The notes beneath the pieces are model-generated. The model made no database searches. It was not told the DNA's origin and saw only the letters and a program-made list of their open reading frames with translations. Of a stretch of DNA of 49,109 bases, positions 41,961 through 49,109 are shown piece by piece. Every line of letters begins with the position of its first letter. Within the stretch, counting starts at the first letter, position 1. This stretch comes from a virus: IMG/VR virus record IMGVR_UViG_3300037780_000133. The stretch is one strand, 5' to 3'. The translations under genes and the position numbers were made by a program.

Positions 41961-42066
41961 TGCTCGAGGATCCAGCCTTCTGGCGCGCCGCTTTAAGCTC
42001 AGTCCTTTGGGTGGTGCTCGCGGCCACGTCCATCTTCTGCTTCGCCACCCACGGAAGCGCCAAACG

Positions 42067-42450
42067 ATGAAACTGACTGTGTTTCTTCGTGCGCTTCTGT
42101 CGCGCATCAAAGAGACCTGGGCCGGTCCGAGCACGTGCACTTGCTATGAATGCGGGCGCACCCACAGCTCCAGAACCTGGCGCTGCTCTGCGTGCGAGAC
42201 CTGCCTCCATCCGATTGATTGGGGTTGGGAATACGATGCGACGCCGCATTGGCGCGCGAAAGCCGGCACCCGGGCGACGCTGACATTTGACCTCTGGCTG
42301 CATCAGTTGAACGAGGCCTATGCCAAGCGCCGACCAAATGGCTCGAGACGCCCCATCACTGACGAGACCGGAACTGATGTCTGGAGAGGTCAGTACGAGA
42401 GCGGCCTAACCGCCGACGAAGCCATTGTCGCAAGGTGGATCGACGAATGA
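42067..42450 (+). CDS. Zinc-ribbon protein
   Basis: CTCYEC ... CSACETC motifs. The C-terminal domain is paralogous to that of 42899..43114. Confidence 0.5.
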   Translation: MKLTVFLRALLSRIKETWAGPSTCTCYECGRTHSSRTWRCSACETCLHPIDWGWEYDATPHWRAKAGTRATLTFDLWLHQLNEAYAKRRPNGSRRPITDETGTDVWRGQYESGLTADEAIVARWIDE

Positions 42451-42902
42451 GCACGACTAAACCCACTCGCAAACTCACGCGTCCTGCTTGCCCAAAGTGC
42501 AAGAAATCAACCGGACTCGCGGGCAGGGCGGTATTCGCGACTGAATACCGTCAAGGCGCTTGGCGGGTGCCGAAGGAACCGATTGAAACGCTACAGATCG
42601 ACTGTCCATGCGGATGGTCGGGCAAGAAATCTGACCTGATCCCGATCAAGTATCGCTGCGAGAAAGCCGAGCTGCTCGAGGAAAATTGGGTAGCCGAATG
42701 TCAGTATCCTGGTCGGCGCTCGTTTTGGGTCGGCAGTTTCATAGTCCCCCGCGAAGGTGGAAAGAAAGCGACCGCCGCACGCGCCGAAGCCGCCGCGATC
42801 GAGTTCATGGAAAACATCACGCCGGAATGGCTATCTCCGCCGGCGATCGTGCAAACGGTGCCCGGCGCCATGCTGCTGATTATCGATGAGGATCCAGAAT
42901 GA
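42447..42902 (+). CDS. Hypothetical Cys-containing protein
   Basis: ATGA-coupled start. CPKCKK ... CPCGW motifs. Confidence 0.5.
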   Translation: MSTTKPTRKLTRPACPKCKKSTGLAGRAVFATEYRQGAWRVPKEPIETLQIDCPCGWSGKKSDLIPIKYRCEKAELLEENWVAECQYPGRRSFWVGSFIVPREGGKKATAARAEAAAIEFMENITPEWLSPPAIVQTVPGAMLLIIDEDPE

Positions 42903-43114
42903 CAGACCGAGACCTGTTCGGGCACCCGACCAATTCGCCGTCACTCTCCTTTGAGGAATGGCTCCGCGAACTTGATGCCGAATACGAGAAGCGCGGGGGC
43001 GATCAGACCGGAAAATCCCTCGTCGCGCAAAGCGGAAGGGAATGTTGGCGCGACTACTACGACGACGGATATTCGCCCGCCGACGCTCTCTCTGAAGACT
43101 GGAGCTATCAATGA
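42899..43114 (+). CDS. Hypothetical small protein
   Basis: ATGA-coupled start. It shares the WL-x-L-x-YxKR ... WR-x-Y motif with 42067..42450. Confidence 0.5.
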   Translation: MTDRDLFGHPTNSPSLSFEEWLRELDAEYEKRGGDQTGKSLVAQSGRECWRDYYDDGYSPADALSEDWSYQ

Positions 43115-43461
43115 GTGACTTCGACGAACTCAATCGCAAAGCGCTCGAACTTTCAGAGCAGCTAGTGCAGCTTTTGTATGAGGAAAAACCGGATCTGGAT
43201 CCGGGCACATGTCTCGGCTGGGCATTGTCGATTGCCTATTCTGGGCATGTCTCTTTTCACAAAGGCATTCCTTCGACCGCGTTCGCAGTGGGGATTTGTG
43301 ATTTCCTCGGAAACATGTTGGCGACTGCGAAGAATATCGGCGGCGACGAGTTCGAGACCCGCGTCGGCGACACGATCATTTCATTCATTCAAGAGCGACC
43401 CTGGCAGCCAGAAATGGACTTCAGAAATGTGATTCCAAGACCGCGGAAGGAAGCGTCATGA
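43111..43461 (+). CDS. Hypothetical protein
   Basis: ATGA-coupled ORF. Confidence 0.45.
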   Translation: MSDFDELNRKALELSEQLVQLLYEEKPDLDPGTCLGWALSIAYSGHVSFHKGIPSTAFAVGICDFLGNMLATAKNIGGDEFETRVGDTIISFIQERPWQPEMDFRNVIPRPRKEAS

Positions 43462-43766
43462 ACGTCAAGAAACTGCCTACCACTATGATCGAAGTGGATC
43501 TCGAGACCGGTGAAGAAACCGTCCACGCCATCACGATGGATCTACTGCCGCCACCTGCTGATTGCTGCCAGGTTTGCGGAGCGCGCCATGACGAGCGCGC
43601 GCCGCACAACCAACAGTCACTCTATTACCAAACCGCATTTCACGCAGATCACGGCCGAGCGCCAACCTGGGAGGATGCGATGGAGCACTGCAGCGAAGAG
43701 GTCAAAAAAATAACCATCAGCGTGCTCGAGGAAAACGGCGTGGATTGGCGGAAGGAAGCATCATGA
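43458..43766 (+). CDS. Hypothetical protein
   Basis: ATGA-coupled ORF. Confidence 0.45.
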   Translation: MNVKKLPTTMIEVDLETGEETVHAITMDLLPPPADCCQVCGARHDERAPHNQQSLYYQTAFHADHGRAPTWEDAMEHCSEEVKKITISVLEENGVDWRKEAS

Positions 43767-43939
43767 CAAATCGCGACACGAAATGCAGCTACTGCGGATC
43801 CCTGAATGGAGGGCACACTTTGGCATGCTCAGCGTTGGCAAAAGACATGCGGGAAGGTGATGCATACCTTCGCAAAATCGGCTGGTCGCGGAAACAGATC
43901 CCGGTTGAACGATCCACGAAATCCAGGAGCGCCGAATGA
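43763..43939 (+). CDS. Hypothetical small Cys-containing protein
   Basis: ATGA-coupled ORF. Confidence 0.4.
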   Translation: MTNRDTKCSYCGSLNGGHTLACSALAKDMREGDAYLRKIGWSRKQIPVERSTKSRSAE

Positions 43940-44136
43940 GAGAAGGGCAACAACTTTCGTCGGGCCCAGCAAACGGGTGCGCAGTGCCTGGTCGTGATGG
44001 CTGGAAGCAGCTGGTTGTTCGTATGGACGAAGAGACGTTCGACGAGATCCGCCGACGCGCCATCCGGGAGAACACGAGCGTCGCCCAACAAATCCGTTTG
44101 CTGATTGAGTGGGGATTGGAGGCGGAGAATGTCTGA
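43936..44136 (+). CDS. Ribbon-helix-helix (CopG/Arc-like) protein
   Basis: KQLVVRMDEETFDEIRRRAIRENTSVAQQIRLLIEWGL fits a beta strand followed by two helices. Confidence 0.55.
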   Translation: MREGQQLSSGPANGCAVPGRDGWKQLVVRMDEETFDEIRRRAIRENTSVAQQIRLLIEWGLEAENV

Positions 44137-44317
44137 ATCCAAGGCCTCTATCACCCCCGGAAGCGCTCACCGCAACCCGACCCAAGAGCGGGAATACCGG
44201 ATGCGCTGCATTGAAGCCGCAGCACGCAGCTTCGGTAACACCGATCGGCTCATAACCACTGATGATTTGATGCTGCGCGCGAAGAGAATGTCAGATTGGG
44301 TGATCAAAAATGAATAA
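44129..44317 (+). CDS. Hypothetical small protein
   Basis: Overlapping coupled ORF. Confidence 0.4.
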   Translation: MSESKASITPGSAHRNPTQEREYRMRCIEAAARSFGNTDRLITTDDLMLRAKRMSDWVIKNE

Positions 44318-44606
44318 GACTAAACCGATGCGGCTCCGAATTGCGGAGCACCTTCACCCGGGTCTCTTCTCTGAAGACAAGATGACGGCGCACCGTGCCG
44401 CCTCGCCCTGGACGGTTGAAGCGGCCAGACGATCAGCGCTCAAGATCGCTGAAGGCCTCGAAAATCTGTTCAACCAAGATCTGGCGAAGGAAGTTTTCAA
44501 CGCCGGCTACAGCTACGGTCTCGAGTCGGAGGCATCGCCTGAAGAATATGACTGCGCATGGGATCTCTATCAAAAGAGCGGGCGGTCAGAGCGGGGTGCG
44601 TTATGA
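44310..44606 (+). CDS. Hypothetical protein
   Basis: Overlapping coupled ORF. Confidence 0.4.
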   Translation: MNKTKPMRLRIAEHLHPGLFSEDKMTAHRAASPWTVEAARRSALKIAEGLENLFNQDLAKEVFNAGYSYGLESEASPEEYDCAWDLYQKSGRSERGAL

Positions 44607-44860
44607 CTTTTGAAGACTTGGCATTGGGCTGGCTGATCATCTCAGGAACCATGATCGTTGTCGGTCTGATTTGCGCCGGTGTGTTTGACAAGGATCTAGG
44701 CTCCGAAGAGGTGGCGGTAGGCAGCATTTTCGTCATCGTTTGGCCTATCGTGCTCTGGCTTGCGATCGGGTTTGTCGCGGCCATAGCGATTGGGCGCGTG
44801 TTTATTGGCGTCGGCAAACTCATTCGCGCAGCCCTTCGGAACTGGAGGCCAAACACATGA
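44603..44860 (+). CDS. Small membrane protein with 2-3 TM segments
   Basis: ATGA-coupled start. The sequence is hydrophobic throughout. Confidence 0.5.
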   Translation: MTFEDLALGWLIISGTMIVVGLICAGVFDKDLGSEEVAVGSIFVIVWPIVLWLAIGFVAAIAIGRVFIGVGKLIRAALRNWRPNT

Positions 44861-45126
44861 TCACGCCGGTGGAACACTGCGACTTAACCCGCAAAAACTT
44901 CGTCATTGCGCTTAACATGGCAGTGACTGAAGCGCGCCTTCAGCAGGGACTGACCCTCGCTGACATTGCCGCAAGGATCGACTGGACAGCGCAAAAGCTC
45001 GATGAGGCGCTAACCTACCCGTCCAATCTCAACATGGAACAAATCTCCCTGATCTGCATCGCCCTGCAGCAGGAAGTGAAATTCACGATGGATGACGCGG
45101 CAGAGCAGGAGGTTGCGGCGGAATGA
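44857..45126 (+). CDS. HTH-like small protein
   Basis: The segment QQGLTLADIAARIDWTAQKLDEAL resembles an XRE-type HTH. Confidence 0.45.
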   Translation: MITPVEHCDLTRKNFVIALNMAVTEARLQQGLTLADIAARIDWTAQKLDEALTYPSNLNMEQISLICIALQQEVKFTMDDAAEQEVAAE

Positions 45127-45512
45127 CTGAATTTCCTTGGGAGCCCGCGGTTCGAACCGCCTACAACCGACACCGCAACATGTGGGCCATGCCGGCGTGG
45201 GACGACCTGCCCCTCGAAATGCGCCTCGCTTACATCGCGACCACTCACACATTTTTGGAAGAGATGGGCCGCCCGCAGTCGATCAAGACGGGGCGTTTAA
45301 GCCTCCAGGAGATATTCCTGCGCCGTCCGCCTGTATCCCTCAAAGGCAAAGGCAAAATATCCGAATTCAACACAACTGACGAAACTGGATTTGATTGGGA
45401 ATATCGTCGCGAAGATCAAGTCTGGGAGCACGTTCGAACAGATCGCCTGATCGAGCTGCTACCTATCGTCGATCTCAAATACTATCTCCAAAAAATTGCA
45501 GGCGAAGAATGA
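45123..45512 (+). CDS. Hypothetical protein
   Basis: ATGA-coupled ORF. Confidence 0.45.
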   Translation: MTEFPWEPAVRTAYNRHRNMWAMPAWDDLPLEMRLAYIATTHTFLEEMGRPQSIKTGRLSLQEIFLRRPPVSLKGKGKISEFNTTDETGFDWEYRREDQVWEHVRTDRLIELLPIVDLKYYLQKIAGEE

Positions 45513-45979
45513 CCGACCTCATTGAAAAACTGCAATCAGCCGAAGGCCCCAGCCGCGAATTGGACGCGGAAATTTTCGAGTATCTCGGTTATCATGTGAA
45601 GCGCCTGAGCACGTTCCCGATCACCGGTGCATTTCTGGCCTATCCGCCTGCAGGACCTGAAGTCTGCCGCCCAGCCGATCTTTCGGTTACCTCGACAGTC
45701 GGTGCCGCGCTCTCACTCGTAGCCAGCGAGTTGCCTGGCTGGGGATGGCGCATTGGATCCTGCCATCTTTCAGACGATGCGCTTTTGTTTCCCGACTTCA
45801 ATTGCCCCGAGCATGGCGCACGACTGAAAGCCGAGCTTGGCGCCTTCGATGCCGGCGATTGGCGAGATACGGGGATTGATATTGATCTCCGCCCGCCCGG
45901 CCGAATCGCGATCGCGATCATGATCGCGCTTATCGAAGTCAAACAGCGCCTCAAATCATTGGGGGATGCTGCCCAATGA
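45509..45979 (+). CDS. Hypothetical protein
   Basis: ATGA-coupled ORF with an N-terminal LQSAEGPSRELDAEIFEYLG motif. Confidence 0.45.
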   Translation: MTDLIEKLQSAEGPSRELDAEIFEYLGYHVKRLSTFPITGAFLAYPPAGPEVCRPADLSVTSTVGAALSLVASELPGWGWRIGSCHLSDDALLFPDFNCPEHGARLKAELGAFDAGDWRDTGIDIDLRPPGRIAIAIMIALIEVKQRLKSLGDAAQ

Positions 45980-46203
45980 ACCGAGCGATGCAGAAATCCG
46001 CCCGCCAACAAGCCAAAGGCAAAACCGGCCACCAACGAAAATTGATGGCGCGGGAGGCGGTTATCGATGCGTTAGAAGGGGATGCCGATGGAATGCTCGC
46101 TGAATGGGTGATGAAAACATACGAACAGCATCTGCTCATTCGCGGTATCGGATTGATGACGCTATCTGAATGGTTGGCACAGGAATCGGGGGCCGATGAA
46201 TGA
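45976..46203 (+). CDS. Hypothetical small protein
   Basis: ATGA-coupled ORF. Confidence 0.4.
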   Translation: MNRAMQKSARQQAKGKTGHQRKLMAREAVIDALEGDADGMLAEWVMKTYEQHLLIRGIGLMTLSEWLAQESGADE

Positions 46204-46388
46204 CCGAACTCCTGGACGATATCGATTCAGCAGACGCAGAGACTTGCGAAATGTGCGCCGGGCAGGGTGTTTGCCCAGAATGCGACGGCGGTGAACTAGG
46301 CGAGCCGCACTGTGATCTCTGCGATGGTTGGGGAGAATGTCCGGCGTGCGACGGCCAAGGCGAGATCATGGGAGATGGCTTCAGATGA
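46200..46388 (+). CDS. Mini-protein made of DnaJ-type CxxCxGxG zinc-finger repeats
   Basis: CEMCAGQG, CPECDGG, CDLCDGWG and CPACDGQG occur within 62 aa. Confidence 0.55.
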   Translation: MTELLDDIDSADAETCEMCAGQGVCPECDGGELGEPHCDLCDGWGECPACDGQGEIMGDGFR

Positions 46389-46708
46389 CCCGCGGCGCAT
46401 CCATCCACGACACCGAACTTCTGGCGCTTCCGGAGTTCCAGGGATTCGGTCTGCGTTACATTCGTGACATCCTAGACCGGACTCCCCGGTCATGTTTAAG
46501 AAAAGGCCGATCTCGATACCTGCAGCCACACCACATAAACAAGCTGCTCGAGGTCCTGGAGGAAGAACCATGCCGCTTGAACTCAAACCGCCGGGTGACC
46601 GCGCGAAGTACGCAAACTATTACATCCGAGGGACGCACGAAGCCACGGGAAGACGTGTGGAAACAAGCACTGGAACGTGCAACAGAGCACTCGCGTACCG
46701 GAAACTAA
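46385..46708 (+). CDS. Hypothetical protein upstream of int; excisionase candidate by position. The 3' part overlaps int by about 139 nt.
   Basis: ATGA-coupled start at 46385. The ORF continues into int out of frame, so its true extent is uncertain. Confidence 0.3.
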   Translation: MTRGASIHDTELLALPEFQGFGLRYIRDILDRTPRSCLRKGRSRYLQPHHINKLLEVLEEEPCRLNSNRRVTARSTQTITSEGRTKPREDVWKQALERATEHSRTGN

Positions 46709-47667
46709 TTGAGCTGATCGAAAAGCTCGATCATGAGGCCATGTATGGCCCGCAAACCACCTTCGCTGAAGCCGCGATTAAGTACATGAAAGCCATTCCG
46801 CGGGGCGGTCGATATCTGAAACCGATCCTTCTGCATTTGGGCCCGGACGCGCTGTGCGAAGAGGTCACCCCACAAGTCATCGAGGCCATGGCCTGGGCAC
46901 TTTATCCGAATGCCAAACCTCAAACTCAACATCGCCAGGTGGTGACGCCGACGAACGCCGTGCTCAACTATGAGCGCCGCGGCGGTCCGCGCAAAAAGCT
47001 TGTCGACAATCAGCGGATCCGGTGGCTGACCCCTGAAGAAGCTGAACGCCTGATTGAATGCGCCCAGATGGTTGATCGCGACAGCGACAAGCGCGCGATC
47101 GGCTATGGCTGCGAGCGCCTGGTTCTGACCTTGCTCGGGACTGGTTGCCGCACCCGCGAGCTGATCAAAGCCCAGGTCGACAATATCAACTCACCGACGC
47201 GCCAGCTCTATATTGGGCCGTCGAAAAATGGCGATGCTCGATGGATCCCGGTTGAGGCCTCGCGCGCCTTTCCAGCGCTCACCAGCAATTGCCCGGACGC
47301 CGGCGGATTGTTTCGCACACCGCGGGGCATTGAATACAAGATCCGCGAACATGGCGGCGGGCAGTTTGCCGGCATCTTCAACAAGGCGCGCGAACTGGCC
47401 GGCTTTGACAGTGAAGGCGAAAATGCCGTCACCCCGCACGTTCTGCGCCACACCTGGGCGACCTGGTATTATGCCGCCACCGGTCACAATCTGACCTGGC
47501 TGATGGAACATGGCGGCTGGCGCAAACCCGACATGGCGCTGCGCTACACCAAGCTCGCGCCGGCCGACCTCGCGCAGCGCGTTCGCGATCACGGTTGGAG
47601 CTTTGTCAATCCAGCGCTCCAGAACCAGACCCCAGCCCAGCAACCCAAGCTCAAGATTATGAAATGA
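46570..47667 (+). CDS. int: Tyrosine integrase
   Basis: GGAGGA ribosome-binding site. The N-terminus MPLELKPP ... YYIRG is typical of alphaproteobacterial phage integrases. Catalytic motifs are TGCRTRE, HVLRHTWATW and LRYTKL. Confidence 0.9.
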   Translation: MPLELKPPGDRAKYANYYIRGTHEATGRRVETSTGTCNRALAYRKLIELIEKLDHEAMYGPQTTFAEAAIKYMKAIPRGGRYLKPILLHLGPDALCEEVTPQVIEAMAWALYPNAKPQTQHRQVVTPTNAVLNYERRGGPRKKLVDNQRIRWLTPEEAERLIECAQMVDRDSDKRAIGYGCERLVLTLLGTGCRTRELIKAQVDNINSPTRQLYIGPSKNGDARWIPVEASRAFPALTSNCPDAGGLFRTPRGIEYKIREHGGGQFAGIFNKARELAGFDSEGENAVTPHVLRHTWATWYYAATGHNLTWLMEHGGWRKPDMALRYTKLAPADLAQRVRDHGWSFVNPALQNQTPAQQPKLKIMK

Positions 47668-48092
47668 CCGCACTTTCTCCCGCTATTTTGTTCATCCAGG
47701 TTGAGCGCACCTATTCTGACGGCAATCGCCAAACCGAGTTATTGTGTACGCGTTTTGACGTTCTTGATGCGGTCATCATTGTCGAGGGCCTAGATTATTT
47801 CAGCCGCGAGTTCGCGGACGAAGATGAGCCGTCCCATGAAACCAAGATTTTGAACATATCATCGGTTCCGGATCCGTACCCAGAGGACGCAAATTACTTC
47901 AACGCGCTTGAAGACAGAGTGCCCTCGCTGGAGTCGGAATTGTTTATTAGAGGAACCGATATTGTCGTGAATCAATATCGGTCCACGCCGGGTTACGAGT
48001 CGCTCGCGGACGATATCGAGACCATGTTTCGCAACCAGTATCCGGATTATATGGCCCGCCGAGATGCAGAGAAGGCGGGAGCATCCATATGA
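47664..48092 (+). CDS. Hypothetical acidic protein
   Basis: ATGA overlap with the int stop. Confidence 0.45.
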   Translation: MTALSPAILFIQVERTYSDGNRQTELLCTRFDVLDAVIIVEGLDYFSREFADEDEPSHETKILNISSVPDPYPEDANYFNALEDRVPSLESELFIRGTDIVVNQYRSTPGYESLADDIETMFRNQYPDYMARRDAEKAGASI

Positions 48093-48141
48093 CCCATCAA
48101 TCACTGTCCGAATACGCAAAACCTAAAATGAGGATCCTGAA

Positions 48142-48378
48142 ATGACCGAACTCGCGACCGACCGCGCCTCACAGCGGCAGCTTAAAACCCATGCAGCGGT
48201 GATCGAGTTCCTGCGCGGCCAGCTTAGAGCGCTGGAGTCCGGGCAACTGCTTGGCCTGGAATACGCGTTAAAGGACCAGGTTGAGGCAAGCCCAACTGGC
48301 AATTTGTTGGGGCCCGTCGCCTTTCGAGACCTTTCAATAACCGCCGTGCGTCTGATGCCGGAAGAAATCGAGGATTAG
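48142..48378 (+). CDS. Hypothetical protein
   Basis: ORF with AGGA upstream. Confidence 0.4.
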   Translation: MTELATDRASQRQLKTHAAVIEFLRGQLRALESGQLLGLEYALKDQVEASPTGNLLGPVAFRDLSITAVRLMPEEIED

Positions 48379-48380
48379 AA

Positions 48381-49001
48381 ATGACCGACGAGCTTCAGGA
48401 ACTGCCTTCAGACGCGGAAGAGTTTTGCGCAGAATTGCCCGTGCGGGCCCACCGAGCTTTGAGAGATAATAATGTCCAAACGTGGGAAGAGGCGGCCGCG
48501 ATCAGTGAGAAAGTTTGGCTGAACACACCAAATTTCGGGCGCAAGGCGCTCAATGATTTGAAAGCGGCGCTGGCCAAGCGTGGGCTGTATACTCCGGAGG
48601 ATCTGAGTAAAGACATCGCCTACGCCGCAGGCCTGCGGGATAATCGCAAACTCTATCACTCGACCTTGATCAATTTTGCGTTCGCCTTCGCGGGTTTGCG
48701 CGAGAGCGAGATCATGATGTCAGGCACGCTGCACGGCGAAGAAACCCGCTTTTATCCACCGAGGCTTTATATCAGCCGCAAGGCGGCCGAGCTGCTGCGC
48801 ACACATCCGGAGCTTCGAGCGCTCGATATCCAGGACGCAGATGCGATCGCTTTTGACCCGAACAAGCGAACGGATCCGGAACGTCGAGCCGAGATTGTGG
48901 AGCAACTCTCCGCCTCAGGGGCAGGGGCCCGAGTAGCTGTAATCATTGAGAAATTTGCCGCCCAGGCCGGGACGTCGAATGAAGAGCTGCGGAAGAACTA
49001 G
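48381..49001 (+). CDS. Protein with an N-terminal RNA polymerase alpha-subunit C-terminal-domain-like (HhH) module
   Basis: ELPVRAHRALRDNNVQTWEEAAAISEKVWLNTPNFGRKALNDLKAALAKRGL aligns by eye with the E. coli alpha-CTD sequence [51 protein letters not shown]. Confidence 0.6.
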   Translation: MTDELQELPSDAEEFCAELPVRAHRALRDNNVQTWEEAAAISEKVWLNTPNFGRKALNDLKAALAKRGLYTPEDLSKDIAYAAGLRDNRKLYHSTLINFAFAFAGLRESEIMMSGTLHGEETRFYPPRLYISRKAAELLRTHPELRALDIQDADAIAFDPNKRTDPERRAEIVEQLSASGAGARVAVIIEKFAAQAGTSNEELRKN

Positions 49002-49109
49002 GGAAGAGCCGAACGGCGTTCGGTTTTAAATGAGAAGAATCAGGGGACTAGCTGAAATGCCTGACACCTTAGCAGGGGAGCGCCTTCAGCCACTCGGCCA
49101 CCTCTCCGC
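48983..49109. repeat. Terminal direct repeat, identical to 1..127
   Basis: Identical 127-bp string at both ends of the window. Confidence 0.95.

Larger units (their letters stand above)
1..48982. mobile_element. Complete temperate tailed-phage genome on a circularly closed contig: lambda-like head and packaging genes, long-tail module, integrase, immunity switch
   Basis: A full set of terminase, portal, protease, capsid, tail, lysis, integrase and divergent HTH genes is present. The contig ends overlap by 127 identical bp. Confidence 0.85.

Noticed and set aside
45147-45160. T-arm-like GCGGTTCGAACCGC as a possible tRNA remnant or att site
   Set aside because: It lies inside a well-coupled ORF (45123..45512), has only a 4-bp stem, and has no adjacent acceptor or CCA-like sequence.
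46492-46569. Upstream extension of the integrase ORF (start at 46492)
   Set aside because: The ATG at 46570 has a GGAGGA ribosome-binding site. It gives the MPLELKPP ... YIRG N-terminus typical of this integrase type.
1-49109. Reading the two 127-bp terminal repeats as attL and attR of an integrated prophage
   Set aside because: The repeat includes the 3' end of a phage gene and its hairpin, not just a tRNA-derived core, and no bacterial flanking genes are present. An assembly overlap of a circular molecule fits better. The repeat boundary does fall 2 nt from the tRNA 5' end, which may reflect an assembly-graph junction.

Overview
The window is a complete, circularly closed genome of a GC-rich temperate siphovirus-type phage. 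Bases 1-127 are identical to 48983-49109, leaving about 48,982 bp of unique sequence. The host is most likely an alphaproteobacterium, judging from a Ros/MucR regulator, a BrnT/BrnA pair and a GTA-like tail-tip module.

Minus strand, in transcription order:
- An early operon leaving the immunity switch (38506 down to 29424): HTH regulator, membrane protein, CII-like protein, N6-adenine methyltransferase, DUF5131, DUF4031, a primase-type Zn-finger protein and a gene carrying iteron-like repeats.
- A lambda-like packaging and head module: TerS, GpA-type TerL, gpW, portal, S49 protease/scaffold, decoration protein, gpE-type capsid.
- Neck genes, a repeat-rich fibre gene and the major tail gene.
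- G/GT tail chaperones with a GGGAAAG -1 slip site, the tape measure, tail-tip genes and a lysis cassette.

Plus strand, in order:
- An XRE-type regulator, a ParB-like protein and MucR.
- About 20 translationally coupled small genes, a tyrosine integrase and an RNAP alpha-CTD-like protein.
- A tRNA-Ser(GCU) 5' half (attP candidate).
- A small accessory island with BrnT/BrnA.

The most unusual observations:
- A roughly 0.9-kb ORF-free, hairpin-dense insert, bracketed by terminator-like hairpins, sits between gpW and portal.
- A 15-bp 7-1-7 palindrome occurs five times, mostly at gene or operon boundaries (one copy lies inside a gene).
- The attP candidate carries the 5' half of the tRNA rather than the 3' half.
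- The late operon contains several internal intrinsic terminators.
- One phage protein has a convincing RNAP alpha-CTD-like domain.

All functional calls come from motif recognition by eye. No database searches were run.
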